Of a stretch of 42,711 bases of DNA, positions 1-9,189 are shown one piece after another. Within the stretch, counting starts at the first letter, position 1; every line of letters begins with the position of its first letter. The notes below the pieces were generated by a model. That model was not told the origin of the DNA and searched no databases. It was given only the letters and a program-made list of their open reading frames with translations. The translations under genes were made by a program, and so were the position numbers. Origin of the DNA: Fimbriimonadales bacterium (GTDB lineage: Bacteria > Armatimonadota > Fimbriimonadia > Fimbriimonadales > JABRVX01). The DNA is taken from contig BTVI01000027.1 of the NCBI GenBank assembly GCA_045862955.1, positions 1 to 42,711 on the forward strand, read 5' to 3'.

Positions 1-33
1 GTGGCGATGTGCGAGAGGTTGCGGCGTGCGGTC

Positions 34-174
34 GTCATGCTTCGACAGGCTCAGCATGACGAGTATGGCGGTGGTAGGGCTTGCAGAGGCTTCTGCAGGA
101 GCTGGCGGGGTTCGAGGCCGCCCCGCCGCCTGCCGGGCCCATACACCGTCATGCTGAGCCTGTCGAAGCATGAC
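34..174. repeat. Inverted pair of 27-bp REP-like palindromes (GTCATGCTGAGCCTGTCGAAGCATGAC)
   Basis: 34-60 is the exact reverse complement of 148-174. The same unit recurs as inverted pairs at 33539-33643 and 42434-42539. Confidence 0.9.
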
Positions 175-260
175 CTGGGGTACCGCCAGCGGCGGCACGA
201 ATAATAGAAGCGATGTCGGATCGCTCGCGAGTCACATAGGTAGAGTGGAACAGAGGCTAC

Positions 261-3011
261 ATGGATTACCGTAAGACGCTAACACTTCCGGACCAGGAGT
301 TCACGATCCCCATGCGGGCGGGGCTGCCCTCGCTCGAGCCCCGCATCCAAGAGCGGTGGGCCGAGATGCGGCTATACCACCGCATCCAAGAGCAGACCCG
401 CGGCAGGAAGAAGTTCATCCTGCACGACGGGCCGCCGTACACCAACTACCCCATCCACATCGGCACTGCGATGAACCGCGTGCTGAAGGACTTCATCGTC
501 AAGTTCCGCACGATGTCGGGACACGACGTTCCCTTCATCCCCGGCTTCGACAATCACGGAATGCCCATCGAGCAGGCGGTCATCCGCAAGTTCCGGGAAG
601 AGGGAAAGACCCCCAGCAAAGTGGAGCTGTGCAAGGCGTGCCGCGAGCACGCGGCCTACTACATCGGCCTGCAGACCGAGCAGTCGAAACGACTGGGAGT
701 TTTCGGAGACTGGGAACGGCGCTACGCCAGCATGGACTTCCATTACGAGGCGAAGCTGGTCCGGGCATTCGGTGAGCTGGTGGAGAAGGGTTACATCTAC
801 CGAGGTCAGCGACCGGTCACCTGGTGCCCCGTCTGCACCACGGCGCTCGCCGAAGCGGAAGTGGAGTACGAAGACCACGTCAGCGAGTCCATCTACGTGT
901 CCTTCCCGCTCCTGTCGGATCCGAACGGCGTGTTTGCGGGTCGGAAGAACCCCTACGCGCTGATCTGGACTACCACCCCTTGGACTATTCCGGCCAACCT
1001 GGGTGTTGCCGCGGCGAGGGACATGGAGTATTCCCTCGTCGAGGCGGGAGACCGGACCTACCTGCTTTATGCGGGGTTGGTCCGTCCGGCGATGGAGCAG
1101 TGCGGCATCTCGGAGTATCGCGAAGTAGGGGTCGTACAGGGCTCGGCGCTCGAGGGAATGTCGTTTCGGCATCCCATCTTCCAGAGGCCGTCGGTGGTGG
1201 TGTTCGCCGACTACATCAAGGCTGACGAGGGAACGGGCCTGGTTCACACGGCGCCTGGTCACGGCGCAGAGGACTTCTACACGGGGCAGGAGTACGGGCT
1301 GGACATCCTGTGTCCGGTGGATGGCAACGGTGTGTTCACCGCAGAAGCGGGCGAGTTCGCAGGCCTGCCCATCGTGCCGGAGGGGAACGCGGCGGTTCTG
1401 AAGAGGCTGCGCGAGGAAGGCAACCTCCTGCACTACCACGAGTACGAGCACCAGTACCCGCACTGCTGGCGATGTCACACGCCGCTCATCTTCCGAGCTA
1501 CCAATCAGTGGTTCCTGCGCATTGATCACCAGGGGCTTCGCGAGAGGATGCTCGAGGAGATCGAGAAGACGACCTGGTATCCGCCGCAGGCGAAGAATCG
1601 AATCTACGCGATGGTGGAAGGGCGGCCCGATTGGTGCGTGTCGCGCCAGCGAACCTGGGGGATTCCAATCCCTGCCTTCTACGCTCCGGGCAATCCCGAG
1701 CCACTGCTGGACAAGGAGGCCATCGAGAAGGTAGCAGAGATCGTAGAGAGGCAAGGCATCGAAGGCTGGTTCGAGGCAAAGCCCGAGGATGTCCTAGGTG
1801 ACAGGGAGTATCTAGGCGTTCCCGCCGCAAAGCTGGAAAAGGAGACGGACATCCTGGACGTGTGGTTCGACTCGGGCTGCAGCCACTACGCCGTCTTGGA
1901 CAGCGGATATTGGCCCGAGCTCTCTTGGCCGGCGGACCTGTACATCGAAGGTTCGGACCAGCACCGTGGCTGGTTCAACACGTCGCTCATTATCGGCTGC
2001 GCGCTCAAAGGCGGTGCGCCGTATCGCTCGGTGCTCACGCACGGTTTCGTGCTGGATGCGGAGTACCGGAAGATGAGCAAGTCCGCGGGCAACGTATTGG
2101 AGCCGATGGATGTCGCCGAGAAGTACGGCGCGGACATGCTGCGGCTGTGGGCTGCTAACGTGTCCATCTTCGAAGACGTCCCGGCCTCCGAGGAGCTAGT
2201 TCAGCAGTACTCCGACGGATTTCGAAAGGTTCGGAACACGCTGAGGTTCCTGATTGCGAACCTTGCAGACTATGACGAGAGCAAGGCGGCTCCGCCGCAA
2301 GAGATCGATCGCTGGGCGCTGCATCGTTGGAATCGGACGCTGGAACAGGTGCGGTCGGCCTTGGACCAATACGAGTTCCATCGAGCCTGGAACGCGCTGT
2401 TAGTTTTCTGCACGCAGGACCTGAGTGCGTTCTACATGGACGTGACGAAGGACCGTCTCTACTGCGATGCGGCGGACTCGCCCGGAAGGCGTGGCTGTCA
2501 GGCCACCTACCTCGCACTCGCATCGGCTCTCTGTCGCGCGTGCGCTCCGATCCTCCCCCACGCGATGGAGGAGGTGTGGGAGAAGCTACCCCTGAGCAAC
2601 AAGGAAGAGAGTGTTCATCTCGCGCCCTTCCCTTCGCCCGAGCCGAACGGGCTCAGTGCCGACGAGGAGAAGCGGTGGGAGCTGCTTCTAGCTTGGCGCG
2701 ATCGCGTGAACCTCCGACTGGAGGAGGCCAAGAGGACCGGGGTGGTGAAGGACACGCAGGAGTCGCTGGTCCGTTTCGGCCCGCCCTCCGAGGAACGGGT
2801 GTTGCCGGACTACTATCGTGACCTCTTGCCCACGGTGTTCAAGGTGTCGGCGGTAGAGTGGTCGGACCAGAGCGCGGAGATCGAAGTGACGCTCGGGCCG
2901 GGAGTGAAGTGCGAGAGGTGTTGGCTCCGCCGAACCGATGTGGGTACCGACTCCGATCACCCGACTCTGTGCGCCCGTTGCGCATCGGTGGTCAAGGCGT
3001 GTCAGGGTTAG
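261..3011 (+). CDS. ileS: Isoleucine--tRNA ligase (type 1, C-terminal zinc finger)
   Basis: LHDGPPY, HIGH-equivalent HIGT, WTTTPWT editing motif, GTGLVHTAPGHG, DWCVSRQRTWG, EGSDQHRGWF, KMSKS, C-terminal CERCW...CARC; followed by lspA. Confidence 0.97.
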   Translation: MDYRKTLTLPDQEFTIPMRAGLPSLEPRIQERWAEMRLYHRIQEQTRGRKKFILHDGPPYTNYPIHIGTAMNRVLKDFIVKFRTMSGHDVPFIPGFDNHGMPIEQAVIRKFREEGKTPSKVELCKACREHAAYYIGLQTEQSKRLGVFGDWERRYASMDFHYEAKLVRAFGELVEKGYIYRGQRPVTWCPVCTTALAEAEVEYEDHVSESIYVSFPLLSDPNGVFAGRKNPYALIWTTTPWTIPANLGVAAARDMEYSLVEAGDRTYLLYAGLVRPAMEQCGISEYREVGVVQGSALEGMSFRHPIFQRPSVVVFADYIKADEGTGLVHTAPGHGAEDFYTGQEYGLDILCPVDGNGVFTAEAGEFAGLPIVPEGNAAVLKRLREEGNLLHYHEYEHQYPHCWRCHTPLIFRATNQWFLRIDHQGLRERMLEEIEKTTWYPPQAKNRIYAMVEGRPDWCVSRQRTWGIPIPAFYAPGNPEPLLDKEAIEKVAEIVERQGIEGWFEAKPEDVLGDREYLGVPAAKLEKETDILDVWFDSGCSHYAVLDSGYWPELSWPADLYIEGSDQHRGWFNTSLIIGCALKGGAPYRSVLTHGFVLDAEYRKMSKSAGNVLEPMDVAEKYGADMLRLWAANVSIFEDVPASEELVQQYSDGFRKVRNTLRFLIANLADYDESKAAPPQEIDRWALHRWNRTLEQVRSALDQYEFHRAWNALLVFCTQDLSAFYMDVTKDRLYCDAADSPGRRGCQATYLALASALCRACAPILPHAMEEVWEKLPLSNKEESVHLAPFPSPEPNGLSADEEKRWELLLAWRDRVNLRLEEAKRTGVVKDTQESLVRFGPPSEERVLPDYYRDLLPTVFKVSAVEWSDQSAEIEVTLGPGVKCERCWLRRTDVGTDSDHPTLCARCASVVKACQG

Positions 3012-3021
3012 GGAGCCTCGA

Positions 3022-3507
3022 GTGAACCGGCACGGCCTGGCTATCGCGGTCTTTGCTGTTAGTGTGGCTTTGGACCGTGTCGTGAAGCTTTGGGTGCAGT
3101 CGGCGCTGGCCGAGCATCAGTCCGTTCCCGCGATTCCGGGTGTGCTGTACATCACGCTTACCTACAACACCGGAATCGCCTTCGGCCTGCTGCAGAACGC
3201 CCAGTGGTTGACCGTGCCGGTGAGTGCGCTGGTCATCGCAGGCGCGCTGGCCATCTACCTGCGGTTGCCGGCGAAGGACCGATTCGCTGCCGTTGCGCTC
3301 GCCATGTTGTTGGGTGGAGCAGTGGCCAACCTGTACGACCGCATCGTGCACGGACGGGTCACCGACATGTTCGACCTGCGGTGGTGGCCGGTTTTCAACG
3401 TTGCGGACAGCCTCATCTGTGTGGCCGTTGCGTTGCTCGTGGTGCGTGCGATGTTCGCCCCGCACCAGAACCAGGAGTCCGCCGTCCGGCCCGGCGAGTC
3501 CGGATGA
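3022..3507 (+). CDS. lspA: Lipoprotein signal peptidase II
   Basis: YNTGIAFG, GAVANLYDRI, VTDMF, WPVFNVADS motifs; ileS-lspA synteny; start placed at GTG 3022, just after the ileS stop. Confidence 0.95.
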   Translation: MNRHGLAIAVFAVSVALDRVVKLWVQSALAEHQSVPAIPGVLYITLTYNTGIAFGLLQNAQWLTVPVSALVIAGALAIYLRLPAKDRFAAVALAMLLGGAVANLYDRIVHGRVTDMFDLRWWPVFNVADSLICVAVALLVVRAMFAPHQNQESAVRPGESG

Positions 3508-4283
3508 ACGGAGCAGAGGGAGCCCTGCTGTTCGCCGCGGGAGTGGGAGCCGGGGCGTTCGGGGCGATCCTGGGTCTGGGTGGCGGGATCATCATGGTGC
3601 CCGTGCTGACTCAGGTCCTCCAGGTTCCGATGGACAAGGCGATCGCGGCCAGCCTTCTCGGCATCATCGCCACCTCGGCGGCTTCGTCCGTGGAGTACCT
3701 CTCGCAGAAGCGTACCGACCTCGATCTGGCAAGTCGGCTCCTGCTTAGCTCGGTCGTCGGGGCGGTGATCGGGAGCTTCTTCGGAAAGCCGCTGCTCGGG
3801 ACGGCGGAGGGCAGAAGGGTGGTCGCCGGGCTGTTCGCGGCTGTCACGCTCGGCGTCGCGTGGGTGATGTTTCGCAACCGCCGGCAGGAGACCGACCACC
3901 ACGAACGGGAGGTTGGTAGAGTGCCGCTTCGGGCGCACGGCGCCGTGTTCGGTGGCGGGGTGCTGTCTACCCTTCTCGGCATCGGTGGGGGAGCGATCAA
4001 CGTCCCGACGATTGCACTCGCCGTGGGTGCACCGATGAAGGTAGCGGTTGCCACGAGCTCCTACATGATTGGCGTCACCGCTGCTTCGGGGGTTGCGATC
4101 TACGCGTGGGCGGGCATGGTGGACCCGACGGTAGCCGGCCCTTCCGCGCTGGGGCTGCTCATCGGGGCGCAACTGGGCGCAAGGGCCGCGAAGTTCGTGA
4201 GCGGCAAGAACCTACGTGCGCTGTTTTCGCTCGTGCTGCTATACATAGCGTATACGATGGCAAGGAGGGCCATTCTTGGATAG
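3504..4283 (+). CDS. Sulfite exporter TauE/SafE (TSUP) family membrane protein
   Basis: Duplicated GLGGGII.VP / GIGGGAINVP motifs, AVATS, multiple TM helices; ATGA overlap with the lspA stop. Confidence 0.88.
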   Translation: MNGAEGALLFAAGVGAGAFGAILGLGGGIIMVPVLTQVLQVPMDKAIAASLLGIIATSAASSVEYLSQKRTDLDLASRLLLSSVVGAVIGSFFGKPLLGTAEGRRVVAGLFAAVTLGVAWVMFRNRRQETDHHEREVGRVPLRAHGAVFGGGVLSTLLGIGGGAINVPTIALAVGAPMKVAVATSSYMIGVTAASGVAIYAWAGMVDPTVAGPSALGLLIGAQLGARAAKFVSGKNLRALFSLVLLYIAYTMARRAILG

Positions 4284-4542
4284 AGACGCGACTTGGTGCA
4301 AGGCTGTCTTGATGATAGGCTTGGCGACATCATCCGTTGCGTTGCTGGTCGGCGGGTTGTTATACGCGGTAAGCAGTGCAGCCGCGGGGTGGGTGGCCTC
4401 GGTCGGAGTGTGGACACTGATTGGCACTCCGCTGGTCGCGCTGATCCTGTCGGGAGCCGTCCGGGGTAGCGCGGCACTGATTCGAGGCGTTGCGGTAGTG
4501 GCCCTGATTGCCCTCGCTGTGGTAGCCGAGGTGATGCGCTGA
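4276..4542 (+). CDS. Small membrane protein (DUF1634-like partner of TSUP)
   Basis: 88 aa, about 3 hydrophobic helices, LIGTP motif, overlaps both neighbours in the operon. Confidence 0.55.
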   Translation: MDRDATWCKAVLMIGLATSSVALLVGGLLYAVSSAAAGWVASVGVWTLIGTPLVALILSGAVRGSAALIRGVAVVALIALAVVAEVMR

Positions 4543-5354
4543 TGATTCAGCCCCCCGCCAAGATCAACCTCACGCTGGACATCGGGCCTCTGGGAGAAGA
4601 CGGGTACCACGCGATCGACACCGTCTTTCAGGCGGTGGACCTGCGGGACGATCTCGAGGTGGACCTCTCCGGTGGTCCGGCATTGGCCGAGGACAACTTG
4701 GTGATGCGAGCGTTGCGTCGGCTGGACGCGGAAGCACCGTGGTCCGTGCGTTTGAAGAAGCGCATCCCGGAGCGAGCGGGCCTAGGGGGAGGGAGCGCGG
4801 ACTGTGCCGCAGCGCTCCTAGCCGGCGCTCGGCTGCTGGATGTGCCCGTTAACCGCCTCTCCCGCCACGCCGCGTGTCTCGGTAGCGACGTGGCCTTCTT
4901 CCTGATCGGTGGCGCCGCAAGGGGTCGCGGGCGCGGCGAGCGGCTCACCCCGCTGCCCGACTTGCCGACCATGTGGTTCTGCTTGGCCAAGCCTGCTCAC
5001 GGCGTGCCCACGCCCGAGGCGTTCGGGCTGTTGGATAGGGATGGGCGCGCGATGGGCACTGCGACGGAACGATTGACGAGCGCTTGGTCGGAGGTCACCT
5101 CACCCGAGGCGTTAGCCCAGCTTTTGGCCAACGACTTCGAGCCGGCAATCCGACGCGCATACCCCGAAGTGGATGCGCTGATGGACGAGGTGAGACGGCG
5201 CGGCGCACTGAACTCCGTGCTGTGCGGGAGCGGGTCGGCCGTTGCGGCACTGACCGCAGACGAAGAGCACGCGCGGCGGATGGCCGAGGCGCTCGAATCG
5301 CAGGGCTACTGGGCACGCGCTGTTCGGACGTTGCGTCGGGACGAATGGCCCTAA
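4542..5354 (+). CDS. ispE: 4-diphosphocytidyl-2-C-methyl-D-erythritol kinase
   Basis: PAKINLTLDI, DGYH, KRIPERAGLGGGSADCAA, LGSDVAFF, NDFE, CGSGSAV. Confidence 0.95.
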   Translation: MIQPPAKINLTLDIGPLGEDGYHAIDTVFQAVDLRDDLEVDLSGGPALAEDNLVMRALRRLDAEAPWSVRLKKRIPERAGLGGGSADCAAALLAGARLLDVPVNRLSRHAACLGSDVAFFLIGGAARGRGRGERLTPLPDLPTMWFCLAKPAHGVPTPEAFGLLDRDGRAMGTATERLTSAWSEVTSPEALAQLLANDFEPAIRRAYPEVDALMDEVRRRGALNSVLCGSGSAVAALTADEEHARRMAEALESQGYWARAVRTLRRDEWP

Positions 5355-6106
5355 CGCCTGGCTCCGTCGGAGCGGTCATTTTGGCGGGAGGACGCTGCCC
5401 CCCGGACCTCGCTGCTGCGGCGGGGGTGGAGTGTCGGGCACTGCTTCCCTTTCGCGGGCGGCCGATGGCCGAGTGGGTGCTTGAGGCCGTGCGTTCCGCG
5501 CCTTCCATCGGGCGGATCGTGGCAGTCGGCGACCTGCCGGCGTCTCTCGGATGCACCGTGGTGCCGGGGGGACGAACGATTCTCGAGAGCATTCGAAACG
5601 GCACCGAGGCGCTGGGGGGTGACAGCTTTCTGCTCGTCTCGGCGGACATCCCCTTTCTCACACCCGAAGCCGTAGAAGATGTCTGCCGAAAGTCGGTGGA
5701 ATCGGGTGCTTGGTTCTGCTACTCCATTATTCCGATGTCGGCTTGTGAGACGGCATTCCCTGGGGTCGAGAGAACCGTGCTACGGATCCGGGAGGGCTGC
5801 TTCACCGGCGGCAACATTACCTATCTGCACCGGCGGTTCCTGGAGGAGAACTGGGAGAGGGTGGAAGCCGCGCACGCAGCACGCAAGAGCCCACTCCGCC
5901 TGGCGGCCATGCTCGGTCCGGGCATGATCCTACGCCTGCTTCTCGGCAAGCTGGCTCCTAGTACCCTTTCGTTGGAGTACCTGGAGCGGAAGGCGGGTCG
6001 GATGCTCGCTGCTCCCGTAAAGGCGATCATCACCGAGCACGCGTCGGTCGGCACGGACATCGACTCCCTAGAGCACTGGCGGGCATTTTCTCGGGGCGAT
6101 ACCTAA
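5345..6106 (+). CDS. MobA-like nucleotidyltransferase family protein
   Basis: AVILAGG, ALLPFRGRPM, SADIPFL, C-terminal DID; ATG 5345 overlaps the ispE end. Confidence 0.8.
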   Translation: MALTPGSVGAVILAGGRCPPDLAAAAGVECRALLPFRGRPMAEWVLEAVRSAPSIGRIVAVGDLPASLGCTVVPGGRTILESIRNGTEALGGDSFLLVSADIPFLTPEAVEDVCRKSVESGAWFCYSIIPMSACETAFPGVERTVLRIREGCFTGGNITYLHRRFLEENWERVEAAHAARKSPLRLAAMLGPGMILRLLLGKLAPSTLSLEYLERKAGRMLAAPVKAIITEHASVGTDIDSLEHWRAFSRGDT

Positions 6107-6187
6107 GAGGGCTTGCAGGATGCCGGCCGGCTGTTGGCGAAACCGCGAGTCGGTTGCCGCGGGCGGCCCAAGACAGGGAGGTGTGCA

Positions 6188-6865
6188 ATGATTCTCGGGA
6201 CGGTCTTCTATGTGGCGACGGCGTGCGTGATTGCCACAGCATCGGCCGGCGCGGGCGGCGGGCAGGTGGTTCAGCGCTCTCGCGAGGCCCTCACCAGCTC
6301 CAACACGCTGTATGGGCCGACGGGCCTCATCAACGTTCCGACGGCCTACGTGACCCAGCACGGCAAGGTGCAGTTCAGCACCTCGTTCGGGGAAGACATC
6401 CGTGGGCCGGCTGCGAACTACGGGGTTACACCGGGCGTGGAGATCGGCGGAGCCTTCATAGACCGGGAGGGCCGAAAGAACAAGGGCATCGCGAACGCCA
6501 AAGTGAACATCATCCCCGCCAACTTCGACTTCTTCGAGGTCGGGATTGGGGTGATTGACGCAGCGGATGCTATCACTCGGTCCTACTATGTGATCGGCTC
6601 GGCGGACTTTGCCATCCCGCGCGCCGTGGAGGACAGGGCTATCGGGTTCCGCCTTCACTTCGGCGCAGGAACGGGCATGTTCGAGGACGAGTTCATCTTC
6701 GGCGGCGAACTGCAGCTCGATCCGAAGTTCAGCCTCATCGGCGAGTACGACGCGAAGGACTTCAACGGGGTGGTGCGCTACTCGCACGACCGGAACTTCC
6801 GCGTGCAGGGTGGAGTGCAGGGTGCGGAGATCTTCTTCGGCGCCACGTATCTGCTGGAGTTCTAG
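6188..6865 (+). CDS. Exported YjbH-like outer-membrane beta-barrel protein
   Basis: Signal peptide, GPTGLINVPTA motif, amphipathic beta-strands, terminal Phe; GGAGG RBS before ATG 6188. Confidence 0.6.
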   Translation: MILGTVFYVATACVIATASAGAGGGQVVQRSREALTSSNTLYGPTGLINVPTAYVTQHGKVQFSTSFGEDIRGPAANYGVTPGVEIGGAFIDREGRKNKGIANAKVNIIPANFDFFEVGIGVIDAADAITRSYYVIGSADFAIPRAVEDRAIGFRLHFGAGTGMFEDEFIFGGELQLDPKFSLIGEYDAKDFNGVVRYSHDRNFRVQGGVQGAEIFFGATYLLEF

Positions 6866-6947
6866 ATAGGCATCCGTCGTCAGGTAGCCTCCTGAGTGCT
6901 CTAGCCAATCGATCCGGGGGCGGGTGGAGGGGCAATTTGCGTCTTCC

Positions 6948-7647
6948 CATGCCTCCATCCGCCTTCGGATGGAGGCTGGTGGGTGCGCGGTCCCATGCCT
7001 CCATCCGCCCTCGGATGGAGGCTGATGGGTGTGCGGTCCCATGCCTCCATCCGCCTTCGGATGGAGGCTGGTGGGTGCGCGGTCCCATGCCTCCATCCGC
7101 CCTCGGATGGAGGCTGGTCGGTGTGTGGTCCCATGCCTCCATCCGCCCTCGGATGGAGGCTGGTGGGTGTGTGGTCGCATGCCTCCATCCGCCTTCGGAT
7201 GGAGGCTGGTGGGTGTGCGGTCCGATGCCTCCATCCGCCTTCGGATGGAGGCTGGTGGGTGTGTGGTCGCATGCCTCCATCCGCCTTCGGATGGAGGCTG
7301 GTGGGTGTGTGGTCGCATGCCTCCATCCGCCCTCGGATGGAGGCTGTTCTGCGCGGTCAGGCTCTCCACCCCAGGGGGGGTGGAGAGATGGGCAGGAAAA
7401 GGTATGGGTGGCGTTGACTGCGCGGCAAGCGGATTATTCAATTTCATGCCTCCATCCGCCTTCGGATGGAGGCTGGTCGGTGTGTGGTCCCATGCCTCCA
7501 TCCGCCTTCGGATGGAGGCTGTTCTGCGCGGTCAGGCTCTCCACCCCAGGGGGGGTGGAGAGATGGGCAGGAAAAGGTATGGGTGGCGTTGACTGCGCGG
7601 CGAGCGGATTATTAATCTCATGCCTCCATCCGCCTTCGGATGGAGGC
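6948..7647. repeat. Tandem hairpin array: GCCTCCATCCG-N4-CGGATGGAGGC, 9 copies at 46-bp period plus 3 dispersed copies
   Basis: Hairpins start at 6951, 6997, 7043, 7089, 7135, 7181, 7227, 7273, 7319, then 7448, 7494, 7622; the 20-bp linkers are near-identical. Confidence 0.95.
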
Positions 7648-7991
7648 TGTTCTGTGCGGTCGGGCTCTCCACCCCAAGGGGGGGTGGAGAGATGGGGAAG
7701 AAGCGGTATGGGCAGCGGGCTCTCCATCCCAACTCTCCACCCCAAGGGGGGGTGGAGAGATGGGGAAGAAGCGGTATGGGCAGCGGGCTCTCCATCCCAA
7801 CTCTCCACCCCAGGGGGGGTGGAGAGATCGGAGTTGGGGGGGGGTGGAGAGATGGCAGGAAGGGGTATGGGCAGCGTGCTCTCCACCCCAACTCTCCACC
7901 CCAGGGGGGGTGGAGAGATGGGAGTTGGGGGGGTGGAGAGATGGGAGTTGGGGGGGTGGAGAGATGGGAGTTGGGGGGGGTGGAGAGATGG
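7362..7991. repeat. Second hairpin family CTCTCCACCCC..GGGGTGGAGAG (6 copies) with trailing G-rich half-repeats
   Basis: Copies near 7362, 7537, 7665, 7733, 7801, 7892; GGAGTTG(n)TGGAGAGATG half units at about 7830 and 7921-7991. Confidence 0.9.
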
Positions 7992-8037
7992 GAACCGGGC
8001 ATGGGGTGGCCGGCCGCGAGCGGAGGAATCAACGCTT

Positions 8038-9033
8038 CTAGCCAAGCTCCACGCGCGTCGACTCGCCGCGTTCGGCGGACTTCATCGCAGCCTCGATGCA
8101 GGCCACGCCGATCCGCACCTCCTCCGGCTTCACGATGAGCTCTGTTCCCTCGTTTAGGTGGGCCGACACGTTGCGGTAGAGCGCGTTCCAGTCGCCCTTC
8201 TCCATCTCCACCTTCAGCGAGCCTACCACTCCGTTCACCTCGACCTGTGCGGTGGCGGTATCCCAATCCGGCATGTGCAGCGCTCCCTTATCTCCCCTCA
8301 CCAGCCATCGGGACCGCTGCGTGCGGCTGATGCACCCGACGTCTATGCACGCCGTCACGCCGTTGTCGAAGAGCACCATCACGCTGTTTTGCGTGTCCAC
8401 GTCCACGTCCATCCACACCCGGTGGGCGCGACTAGCGAAGACGGCAGTGGGGAGCGACGGCAGGTTCATCTGCACCACCTGGTCGAAAAGGTGCGCGCCC
8501 CAGTCGTAGAGCATGCCGCCACCTGCCGCGCGGGAGCCCCGCCAGCCCGGAGGGGCCCACCAACCGTTGACGGAGCTGTCTATTTGAAACACCTCGCCCA
8601 GCAGGCCCGCTGCGATCACCTTTCGCACGGTCAGGTAGTCGTGGTCCCATCGCCGGTTCTGGTAGACGGAGAGCATCCTGCCTGCCTCGCGCGCAGCGGC
8701 AATCATGGCGTCGGCCTCGGCGACGTTCAGGCACATCACCTTCTCGGTCAGCACGTGCTTGCCCGCCTTGCTCGCGGCTATGGACATCGGGGCGTGGGTG
8801 TCGTGGGGGGTCACGAGGATCACCATGTCAACGCTCGCATCGGCGAGCACCGCATCGTAGGTGTCGTGGATCGTGACTTCGGGTAGTTCCTGCCGGGCGA
8901 TCTGTCGGCGCTCGGGGTCGATGTCGTACACGGCGGCCAGATGCAATCCGGGGGTGTCCATCACCTGCTTGGCGTGGTGCATTCCCATTGCGAACCGGCC
9001 GCCGAAGCCGACGACGGCGCATCCGATGCTCAT
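8038..9033 (-). CDS. Gfo/Idh/MocA family oxidoreductase
   Basis: N-terminal Rossmann VVGFGG, TPHDTH, GKHVLTEK, YQNRRWD, GGGMLYDWGAHLFDQ. Confidence 0.92.
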   Translation of the reverse strand: MSIGCAVVGFGGRFAMGMHHAKQVMDTPGLHLAAVYDIDPERRQIARQELPEVTIHDTYDAVLADASVDMVILVTPHDTHAPMSIAASKAGKHVLTEKVMCLNVAEADAMIAAAREAGRMLSVYQNRRWDHDYLTVRKVIAAGLLGEVFQIDSSVNGWWAPPGWRGSRAAGGGMLYDWGAHLFDQVVQMNLPSLPTAVFASRAHRVWMDVDVDTQNSVMVLFDNGVTACIDVGCISRTQRSRWLVRGDKGALHMPDWDTATAQVEVNGVVGSLKVEMEKGDWNALYRNVSAHLNEGTELIVKPEEVRIGVACIEAAMKSAERGESTRVELG

Positions 9034-9189
9034 CGGGTTCCTCCTGAAACTTTGGGGGTATTGGCGGAACTAGCTTCGTTTTCGACTAGGCCTGTCCTTG
9101 CGAAGGGGAGGAGGATGGAGCAGGGAAACGCGAATCTCCTGGGCTGATTCCCCGAGCCGCAGGAAAGGCATGGGAGCGGAGGTTCGAAG

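Noticed and set aside
1..204. 67-aa ORF (also 33362-33640 - and 41939-42703 -)
   Set aside because: Translations of REP palindromes (MLRQAQHD / MLSLSKH); no coding evidence.
175..260. T-box leader upstream of ileS
   Set aside because: No T-box consensus or terminator; the upstream region is occupied by a REP pair.
6948..7647. CRISPR array or type III toxin-antitoxin RNA array
   Set aside because: The 20-bp linkers are near-identical rather than unique spacers; no cas gene, leader or adjacent toxin gene.
6068..8266. Long ORFs across the repeat region (e.g. 6068-7501 -, 6937-8157 +, 7434-8045 -)
   Set aside because: Open in many frames only because the GC-rich repeats lack stops; they overlap real genes and have no credible RBS.
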